Origin: Abditibacteriaceae bacterium
Lineage (GTDB): Bacteria > Armatimonadota > Abditibacteriia > Abditibacteriales > Abditibacteriaceae
Length of the DNA: 13,230 nucleotides
Assembly (NCBI GenBank): GCA_031425655.1
Contig: JANPJS010000229.1
Location: forward strand, 1 to 13,230
Reading direction: 5' to 3'
This document shows, piece by piece, positions 1 through 6,784 of this stretch. Under the pieces are notes generated by a model that saw nothing but the letters and a program-made list of their open reading frames with translations, did no database searches and was not told where the DNA came from. The position numbers were made by a program, and so were the translations under genes. Within the stretch, counting starts at the first letter, position 1; each line of letters opens with the position of its first letter.

Positions 1-126
1 ATAAAGATAGCGTGACTTATAAAGATAGCGTGACTTATAAAGATAGCGTGACTTATAAAGATAGCGTGACTTATAAAGATAGCGTGACTTATAAAGATAG
101 CGTGACTTATAAAGATAGTGCGACTT
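1..126. repeat. 18-bp tandem repeat (ATAAAGATAGCGTGACTT), 6 perfect copies plus 1 variant; probably continues left of the window
   Basis: Identical units at 1, 19, 37, 55, 73 and 91. The unit at 109-126 is ATAAAGATAGTGCGACTT. There are no spacers. One + frame reads (YKDSVT)n without stops. Confidence 0.97.
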
Positions 127-153
127 TAAATAATTGGCGACAGTTTAACCCGA

Positions 154-1560
154 TTAAAGCAACGCGGCCAGTTCGAGCGGGCCGTTGGCATCGCGGCGGG
201 CGACGGTGTTAAGTTGGCGGCTCAGGTCGTCTAAAGTAATATCGTCCAACATCCGGCCTTGATTATCTACGGCATCCGGCGGCAGAAACACGAAGTCGCC
301 GCAATCGCGCCCGGCTAATTGCGCGAGAATTTCTTCGCCCATAATCAATCCGGCGCAACCGACGTTGCCGCCCCAGAAAACCGGCTCGATTTCCACGACT
401 TCGGCGCGGGCGATGTTCTTTTCGTTTAATACGCGCGCCAATTCGCGCAGCGCCGAGGCCGCCAAACGGCCTGTTACCAAAGTGATTTTGGGCGCGATCC
501 CCAGCCGAGTTTTGCGTTTTTCCAATTTCTTCACGTCGTCTAAAAAGGCACGAATCAGGCCGACGCCGTTGGCATATTGCGGAAAACCGTCGTAGAAGCT
601 GGCGGGCGGCATCGCTTGTCCGGCTAAAAGATACATTTCGTCGGAAGCGTAAACGAAGTTCGCGCCCCATTTTTGGCGCGCTTCTTTTTGCAAAGGCCGC
701 AGTTGCTCGATCATCGCGGCGGCTTCGGTGGGCGCGACGGTGCGGAGATTGCGTTCGGCGGGCATGAACTTCGTCAATCCGACCGGCACAGCCGCGACTG
801 ATTCGACGCCGGGATAAAGGTTCATCAAATCGCGCACGCTGCGTTCGAGAATGGCGCCGTCGTTGATGCCGGGGCAAATCACCAGTTGGGCGTTGATTTG
901 AATGCCGTTACTTATAAGGAAGCGCAGGCGCTCCATGATTTCGCCGCCGCGCGCGTTGCCGACCATCTTGATGCGCGTGGCCGCATCCGTCGCGTGAACC
1001 GAAACGCATAAGGGCGACAGCTTTTCTTCAATAATACGCGCAAAATCGGCTTCGCTAAGGTTCGTTAATGTGATGTAGTGGCCATGCAAAAACGACAAGC
1101 GATAATCGTCGTCGCGCACGTAAAGCGTGCGGCGCAGGTTGCGGGCACCGGCGCCTTTTTCTCGCTTCGGCAGTTGATCTACAAAGCAAAACGGGCACTT
1201 GTTGGTGCAGCGCGTCACGCCGTCGAAAAGCTCAGCGTCAATGTGCAAACCCAATGGCTCGAAGCTGTCTTTTTCAATCTCGAACTGTTCCACGCCGTCC
1301 GGCTGCAAAACCGTGAGGGTGAGCATCTCGCCCGCGTCGGCGATTTTCATTTGAATGGCGTCACGCGCCGGGCGCCCGTTGATTTCCAGCAGCCTTGCGC
1401 CGGGCAAAATGCCCAGTTCTTCGGCGATGCTGCCCGGCTCGACTTCGGCCACAACTGCGCCGCGTGTGGCAGCGCCAACAGCGGCTCCGACGCGGCGCGT
1501 TTCATTGCGTGCGATGCGAAACGCTTCGTTTTCTTCGACTTGATTCTTATATTTTTTCAT
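154..1560 (-). CDS. DUF512-family putative Fe-S/radical-SAM-like oxidoreductase with N-terminal PDZ-like domain
   Basis: 468-aa ORF. PDZ-like VEPGSIAEELGILPG..LLEING segment, CxxxCxxC motif (CTNKCPFCFVDQLP), and family-typical RRTLYVRDDDYRLSFLHGHYITLTN, VICPGINDG, VPVGLTKF, YASDEMYL and FPQYANGVG. The start codon is uncertain by a few tens of codons. Confidence 0.9.
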   Translation of the reverse strand: MKKYKNQVEENEAFRIARNETRRVGAAVGAATRGAVVAEVEPGSIAEELGILPGARLLEINGRPARDAIQMKIADAGEMLTLTVLQPDGVEQFEIEKDSFEPLGLHIDAELFDGVTRCTNKCPFCFVDQLPKREKGAGARNLRRTLYVRDDDYRLSFLHGHYITLTNLSEADFARIIEEKLSPLCVSVHATDAATRIKMVGNARGGEIMERLRFLISNGIQINAQLVICPGINDGAILERSVRDLMNLYPGVESVAAVPVGLTKFMPAERNLRTVAPTEAAAMIEQLRPLQKEARQKWGANFVYASDEMYLLAGQAMPPASFYDGFPQYANGVGLIRAFLDDVKKLEKRKTRLGIAPKITLVTGRLAASALRELARVLNEKNIARAEVVEIEPVFWGGNVGCAGLIMGEEILAQLAGRDCGDFVFLPPDAVDNQGRMLDDITLDDLSRQLNTVARRDANGPLELAALL

Positions 1561-1649
1561 TGCGACAAAGCGAGTTTAGTCGGCTGAACTCAACAAGCGT
1601 CAGGCTTGAACGCTTGAAAGCGGCCCCGGTTGCGCCGAAACTGAATGAC

Positions 1650-2651
1650 ATGGGTTGGCAAGATCGTCCTTATAGCCGCAGTAGTTCCGAGAACGGCGGC
1701 AGTTTTTTTCATAATCTTTTGTTCGGCGCGTTTTCCATCGGGACGTGGTTCGGCATTCACGTCCGCATTCATTCCAGCTTGATTTTGCTGGGACTTTTCA
1801 AGATTCTCTTCATTGATTCGCGGCGCGGCGAAAGCTTCCGCGACGCTTTAGTCAGCACGCTGCTTTTATTCGCCATTATATTGCTGCACGAATTCGGGCA
1901 TTGCTTCGCGGCGCGCAGCGTGGGCGGCGATGCCGACGAGATTTTGCTATGGCCTTTGGGCGGTCTGGCTTTCGTGCGCACGCCGCAGCGTCCGTGGCCC
2001 AGTTTCGTGGCTTCGGCGGGCGGGCCTTTGGTGAACGTGGCGCTTTGCCTGATTACGGGCGTCGCGTTGCAAGTGATGGGACGCGGGCAATTCAGCCTGC
2101 CGCTGAATCCGCTGATTCCCTTTGGCGGCGGCTATAATTTCAACGATGCCAGCAACGAACTGCTTTATTCCAGCACGTTCGCTTACTATTTATTCTGGAT
2201 TTACGTCACCAGTTGGGCGCTGCTTTTCTTCAATTTGCTGCCGATTTACCCGATGGACGGCGGCAGAATGCTGCAGGAAATTTTGTGGCCGAAATTGGGC
2301 TTTTATCGTTCGATGGAGTTCGCCTGCAAAGTCGGCATGGGCGGCTCGATTGTGATGGGATTATATGGCCTTTTCAGCGGTAATTTCTGGTTTTTAGTGC
2401 TGGCGTATACCGGATTCACGGTTTGCCGCGCCACGTTGGGCAACCTGCCGGCTTTAGCCGATTACGCCTACGAAGAAAACGACCGCTATCAAGCCTATGC
2501 GCCGCGCCCGCAACGCTCGGCGCGCCCAAAACGCGCCGCACGTCCGCGCGATGACCGGTTTTCGTGGCGCGATTTAAACCCTTTGGAGCGCATGGCCCGC
2601 GCGCGGCGCAAAAAACAGTTTGAGCGCTTGTTTGAAGACGACAAGAAGTAA
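1650..2651 (+). CDS. Site-2 protease (peptidase M50 family) intramembrane zinc metalloprotease
   Basis: HExxH (LLHEFGH) in a hydrophobic segment, followed by [16 protein letters not shown] and [11 protein letters not shown] (third zinc ligand), with several TM stretches. ATG 1650 (MGWQDRPY) was chosen because the longer ORF from 1395 overlaps the divergent gene. Confidence 0.92.
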   Translation: MGWQDRPYSRSSSENGGSFFHNLLFGAFSIGTWFGIHVRIHSSLILLGLFKILFIDSRRGESFRDALVSTLLLFAIILLHEFGHCFAARSVGGDADEILLWPLGGLAFVRTPQRPWPSFVASAGGPLVNVALCLITGVALQVMGRGQFSLPLNPLIPFGGGYNFNDASNELLYSSTFAYYLFWIYVTSWALLFFNLLPIYPMDGGRMLQEILWPKLGFYRSMEFACKVGMGGSIVMGLYGLFSGNFWFLVLAYTGFTVCRATLGNLPALADYAYEENDRYQAYAPRPQRSARPKRAARPRDDRFSWRDLNPLERMARARRKKQFERLFEDDKK

Positions 2652-2719
2652 TTCAGAGCCGAAGCGGGCGACCGCTTTTGCCATCGCTACGGCCACGAAC
2701 TGCGAAACTAATCACGAGC

Positions 2720-2851
2720 AATCGAAACGGGAAGTCGGAAAGGGCGGTAAGGCGGGGAAATATCATTGTGGTGATAGAATCGCCGATTTCAAGAACCAAA
2801 TCTTAATTTTTCTTCCCGCCTTACCGCCCTTTCCGACTTCCCGTTTTGATT
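2720..2851. repeat. Long inverted-repeat element 1 (37-bp arms, 58-nt spacer), MITE/REP-like
   Basis: 2720-2756 AATCGAAACGGGAAGTCGGAAAGGGCGGTAAGGCGGG is the reverse complement of 2815-2851 with one mismatch. The spacer contains TATCA-N6-TGATA (2761-2776). Confidence 0.93.
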
Positions 2852-2877
2852 ACGCCACCCATTTTCAGGAGAAACCG

Positions 2878-3636
2878 ATGCAATTAGAAACCCCGATTTT
2901 AACCCGCCGCCGTTTGCTGCAATGCGCCGCTTTGGCCCCGGCGGCTGTTGCTGCCAGCCGCGTTTTGGCGCCGCGCCGCGCTTTGGCGCAAGATGCCAAT
3001 GCGCCGATGCGGTATCCGCACAAACTGCCGCCGTTGCCCTACGCCTACGACGCTTTGGAGCCGCATATTGACACACAGACGATGCAAATCCATCACGGCA
3101 AGCATCATCAAGCGTATGTGGACAAGCTCAACGCGGCGCTGGAAAAGCATCCCGAACTGCAAAACCAAAGCGTTGAAGATTTGATTCGCAATTTGGACAT
3201 GATGCCGGATGCCATTCGCACAGCCGTGCAAAACAACGGCGGTGGCCACGTCAATCATTCGATGTTCTGGGCGATCATGAAACCACAGGGCGGAGGCCAG
3301 CCGAATGGCCCGGTCGCCGACGCCATCATGAAAAAATTCGGCTCGCTCGACGCCATGACTAAAGAATTCAACGATGCCGGCGTCAATCGTTTCGGCTCCG
3401 GCTGGGCATGGCTGGCGGTGGACAAAAACGGCCTGCACGTCATGAGCACGCCCAATCAGGACAATCCGCTGATGGTCGGCCACTTCCCGGTTTTGGGCAA
3501 CGACGTGTGGGAACACGCTTATTATCTGAAGTATCAAAACCGCCGCGCCGATTACCTCAAAGCATGGTGGAACGTCGTGAATTGGGACGAAGTAAACAAA
3601 CGCTACTCCCGCGCGATGACCATGAACGTGCGGTGA
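2878..3636 (+). CDS. sodA: Fe/Mn superoxide dismutase, Mn-type signatures, with twin-arginine (Tat) signal peptide
   Basis: CAGGAGA RBS before ATG 2878. Motifs [50 protein letters not shown] and [16 protein letters not shown]-terminal TRRRLL, Ala-rich stretch and ALA-Q cleavage-like site. Confidence 0.95.
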   Translation: MQLETPILTRRRLLQCAALAPAAVAASRVLAPRRALAQDANAPMRYPHKLPPLPYAYDALEPHIDTQTMQIHHGKHHQAYVDKLNAALEKHPELQNQSVEDLIRNLDMMPDAIRTAVQNNGGGHVNHSMFWAIMKPQGGGQPNGPVADAIMKKFGSLDAMTKEFNDAGVNRFGSGWAWLAVDKNGLHVMSTPNQDNPLMVGHFPVLGNDVWEHAYYLKYQNRRADYLKAWWNVVNWDEVNKRYSRAMTMNVR

Positions 3637-3762
3637 ATAAATATCTCTCGCAAAGACGCAAAGGCGCCAAGAAGAAATTGACCGAGATTAGGAACAAAGA
3701 TTACTCTTTATCTCTGTGGTTTTCTTCTTGGCGCCTTTGCGTCTTTGCGAGAGATATTTATT
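3636..3762. repeat. Long inverted-repeat element 2 (perfect 42-bp arms, 43-nt spacer) between convergent sod and hisD; could also act as a bidirectional terminator
   Basis: 3636-3677 AATAAATATCTCTCGCAAAGACGCAAAGGCGCCAAGAAGAAA is the exact reverse complement of 3721-3762. Confidence 0.96.
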
Positions 3763-5044
3763 TTCCACTCCCCGCAGCGGCGTGGCCGGGCAAATCTTCG
3801 AGCAAAGCTAAAGTCGCCAAGTCGTCGGCTAAAGCGGCCATCGTTGGTTGCGAGGCGGCGATAACCGAGGTGCGCTTCAGAAAAGTTTCGACGCCCACGC
3901 CTTGTGCGAAGCGCGCCGTCGCTCCCGTCGGCAAAGTGTGCGACGGGCCGATAATGTAATCGCCCAATGGCACCGGCGTGTTGAGAAAAATGGCGCCCGC
4001 GTGCTTGATTTGCGGCAGAATCGCCAGAGCATCGCGGCTCCAGACTTCGGCGTGTTCAGGCGCCGCCAGATTGCACAGCTCAATCGCTTCGTCCAAAGTT
4101 TCCACGCAAAGCAGCAGCGAGTTTTCGAGAGATTCGCGCAGAATTTCAGCGCGCGAACTGCGTTCGACTTGCGCTTCGACTTGAAGCACAACGGCGTCGC
4201 AGACTTCGCGCGACGGCGACACGAAGCACACAAAAGAATCAGCGCCGTGCTCGGCCTGCGCGATTAAGTCGGCGGCTAACTGCGGCGCAAGAGCCAACGT
4301 TTCAGGCGCACCATCGGCCAAAACCACGACTTCGCTGGGGCCATACAAGCCGTCAATGCCGACCACGCCGTAAAGATGCTTTTTGGCCAACGTGACGTAA
4401 ATGCTGCCCGGCCCAACGATTTTGTCCACTTTTCGCACGCTATTCGTGCCATAAGCCAAAGCCGCCATCGCCGCCGCGCCGCCGATTTTATAAATCTCCG
4501 AGACGCCCGCGACCTTCGCCGCCGCTAAAATCATCGGATGCGACATTCCATCGCGGCCCGGCGGCGAAGCTAAGACCACTTCGGGCACGCCCGCGACTTT
4601 GGCCGGCATCGCCAGCATCAAAACCGTGCTTGGATAAGCCGCGCGATAATTGGGCGCATACATTCCCGCCCGCTCAACCGGCGTGTAACGCTGCCCCAAA
4701 AACGCGCCGTCGGGCGAAGTCGTGAACCAATCGCCGACCGGCTGCGCGCGGTGAAACGCTTCGATATTGTCCGCCGCGCGCTGCAAAGCGTGCTTGGCAT
4801 TCGCGGGCAAAGCGCGCCACGCTTCGTCTATTTCGCCTTGCGTGACGCGCAACTGCGCCAATTCGAGCGACGGACAATCGAAGCGCCGCTCGATTTCCAG
4901 CAAAGCTTCGTCGCCGCGCAAACGCACATCTTCGCAAAGCTCGCGCACGACCTTTTCAATTACGGGATTATTGCTAAACGCCCGCGCCGCATTCGCTGCT
5001 TCCAACGCGGCGCGCGAGGCCGGGTAACCTTCGATCAATCGCAT
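3758..5044 (-). CDS. hisD: Histidinol dehydrogenase
   Basis: 428 aa with NIEAFHRAQ, YPSTVLM, KVDKIVGPGSIYVTLAK, VGIDGLYGPSEV, QAEHG, APEH, LGDYIIGPSHTLPT and C-terminal GHA. Confidence 0.96.
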   Translation of the reverse strand: MRLIEGYPASRAALEAANAARAFSNNPVIEKVVRELCEDVRLRGDEALLEIERRFDCPSLELAQLRVTQGEIDEAWRALPANAKHALQRAADNIEAFHRAQPVGDWFTTSPDGAFLGQRYTPVERAGMYAPNYRAAYPSTVLMLAMPAKVAGVPEVVLASPPGRDGMSHPMILAAAKVAGVSEIYKIGGAAAMAALAYGTNSVRKVDKIVGPGSIYVTLAKKHLYGVVGIDGLYGPSEVVVLADGAPETLALAPQLAADLIAQAEHGADSFVCFVSPSREVCDAVVLQVEAQVERSSRAEILRESLENSLLLCVETLDEAIELCNLAAPEHAEVWSRDALAILPQIKHAGAIFLNTPVPLGDYIIGPSHTLPTGATARFAQGVGVETFLKRTSVIAASQPTMAALADDLATLALLEDLPGHAAAGSGK

Positions 5045-5231
5045 GAAATGCAGTATGCCTTGCTGAATTCGAAATGGGTTATAATTGGGTGTCTTTTGGT
5101 GTGCCGATGGAAGAAGATGCGACGATGTCGAAGCGGCACCTTTATTCGATACAGCGAAGCGGCGCGTTCTAACGCACAGAATGCCTCGCCATAGCTAATA
5201 ATCACTACGAATTTGGCCTGTTGGTTTAAGG

Positions 5232-5247
5232 TGGCATGGATTATGCT
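5232..5247 (+). promoter_or_regulatory. Candidate sigma54 (-24/-12) promoter upstream of the LuxR-type gene
   Basis: TGGCATGGATTATGCT versus consensus TGGCACGNNNNTTGCW. The GG-N10-GC spacing is exact, with 2 deviations from consensus. It is intergenic and 65 nt before ATG 5313. Confidence 0.5.
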
Positions 5248-5312
5248 ATTGCTAACCCAATTTTTTCGGTTTGTCCGACTGGCCTTGCGCGCTTCTGCTT
5301 AAAGATGCTGCC

Positions 5313-5588
5313 ATGAAAAAGCCTGCGGACACTTTTGCGCCGTTCGCCTCACCTGCTGCACCCCTTGCCGTCAATGCCGTTGCCGCCGCTTCGTCGCGTC
5401 TTTCGTCGCGCCAGATCGAAGTTCTGCAAGCCGTGGCGGACGCCGCGACCATCGCCGTTGCCGCCCGGCAATTGGGTGTAACGCCGTCCACCATTAACAA
5501 CCACCTACGCAAAATGCGTAAAACCCTCGACCTCGCCACCACCTGCCAAATGGTGGCGTGGGGCTTTCGCAGGGGCGTGCTGAAGTAA
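5313..5588 (+). CDS. Stand-alone LuxR/GerE-type helix-turn-helix transcriptional regulator
   Basis: LSSRQIEVLQAVA...AARQLGVTPSTINNHLRKMRKTLDLATTCQMVAWGFRRGVL matches the LuxR C-terminal HTH pattern. There is no receiver or ligand domain, only an Ala/Pro/Ser-rich N-terminus. The start is uncertain. Confidence 0.8.
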   Translation: MKKPADTFAPFASPAAPLAVNAVAAASSRLSSRQIEVLQAVADAATIAVAARQLGVTPSTINNHLRKMRKTLDLATTCQMVAWGFRRGVLK

Positions 5589-5652
5589 AGAGGTTTTAGG
5601 AAGTGATGTTCGTAACTTTGCTACTGGGGACGAAACTCATGGAGATTGATTT

Positions 5653-6732
5653 ATGAGGCACGCTCGTCGTTCAACAATAAAAGTCATGCGCTTTCACGGG
5701 GCGGTTATCGCCGCGATTTGCATAACGTCGTCGGGCGCGAAAGCCAAGCCGGGGCCATTGATGCCGCAAAACCCGGCGACCTTCGACGGCAAGACGTGGT
5801 GCGGCCTGACTCTTGGCGAAATGAATTGGAGACAGGTCAAGAAAACCGTGAGGCTGAGTAAATCGGGCCGCTATCGGCATTCAACGGAAGCCGTGCAACC
5901 CAAAGACTCAACGCGCGAGGTGGACTTGTTCTTCTCGCCGGGTAGCGCCGACGAAGCGCGTTTGTGCAGCTTCCTGCTCAAACACACCGGCCTCGCGCCG
6001 ACAGTGTCCTCAGCGAAGCACAATTTGAGTGCTCCGAAAACGTTTTATCCGCGCGAACGCTTCGAGGATTGGTCGCTCTTGACTTCTCCCGGAAAAGGGG
6101 TTGTGTTTTTTATCGTGAACGGCGAGGCGCCTGTCGTGATGATGGTGCCTCCCGCCGCTTTAAGCCGACTAACGGCCAGATTGAGCAGCACGCGCACGCC
6201 AATCCTTGTGCGTCGTGATCCGCACGCCAACGCAGCGCGTATTATGGAATTCGGCACCGTGCGCGTCAACGATACCATACGCGGCTTGCTTGCTTTGTCG
6301 TCAACGGAAAGAGCGCGCCGTGAAAGCGAAATGAAGGACACCACGGCGCGGGGCACCATGCGCTATCGTGTCGGAGCGACGGGCAGCTATACAATTGATG
6401 TCACCGGGACGGGCAACGCAGCCGAAGGCGGCAACCTCACTGTGACCGCGACGATTGACGGCAACAGTCCCTACGGCCCGCTTCACGTTACCAAGAGCAG
6501 TTATGCCTCGTGGCCCAAAGCGCGCAAACCGGGAGACGCTTATTTAAACGCGGCGAACCTCAACGCTTACTACACCAAAGCCCTGCTCGAAGCGACAATC
6601 GCAGTGGAGCAAGCTTTCGCCGCCGAGATGGAAACTGCCGGGCCGCCGCCGCTCTCGAAAGTGCGTGAAGACATTTGGAACGCTTACATTTACACTCTTG
6701 CCGCAGCCAGTGCTGCCACCGTAGCTCATTGA
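5653..6732 (+). CDS. Hypothetical exported protein (359 aa)
   Basis: Long ORF with GGAG (5641-5644) 8 nt before the ATG. Basic N-terminus, then hydrophobic GAVIAAICITSSG and AKA, which resembles a signal peptide. An alternative ATG lies at 5686. No family recognised. Confidence 0.8.
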   Translation: MRHARRSTIKVMRFHGAVIAAICITSSGAKAKPGPLMPQNPATFDGKTWCGLTLGEMNWRQVKKTVRLSKSGRYRHSTEAVQPKDSTREVDLFFSPGSADEARLCSFLLKHTGLAPTVSSAKHNLSAPKTFYPRERFEDWSLLTSPGKGVVFFIVNGEAPVVMMVPPAALSRLTARLSSTRTPILVRRDPHANAARIMEFGTVRVNDTIRGLLALSSTERARRESEMKDTTARGTMRYRVGATGSYTIDVTGTGNAAEGGNLTVTATIDGNSPYGPLHVTKSSYASWPKARKPGDAYLNAANLNAYYTKALLEATIAVEQAFAAEMETAGPPPLSKVREDIWNAYIYTLAAASAATVAH

Positions 6733-6784
6733 GCCACCCTTGCGCTTTTCACCAAGCGCAAGATATTTTGACAGGAGAATTCAC

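Noticed and set aside
1..126. CRISPR array
   Set aside because: The units are contiguous with no unique spacers, only 18 bp long, and no cas genes are in the window.
12..212. 66-aa ORF (YKDSVT repeats) as an independent gene
   Set aside because: It is a by-product of the tandem repeat, starts inside it and overlaps the DUF512 3' end. It cannot be judged without upstream sequence.
1395..1649. N-terminal extension of the M50 ORF
   Set aside because: It overlaps the divergent DUF512 gene and reads as non-protein-like Arg-rich sequence. ATG 1650 fits better.
2620..2877. N-terminal extension of the SOD ORF
   Set aside because: It runs through the palindromic element. The RBS and Tat signal support ATG 2878.
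5060..5085. sigma70 promoter TTGCTG...TATAAT
   Set aside because: The spacer is only 14 nt, so the pairing is unsupported. The TATAAT alone is insufficient.
5205..5620. TACGAA half-sites on either side of the LuxR gene as autoregulatory boxes
   Set aside because: The 6-bp matches are too short and lack a clear dyad to be distinguished from chance.
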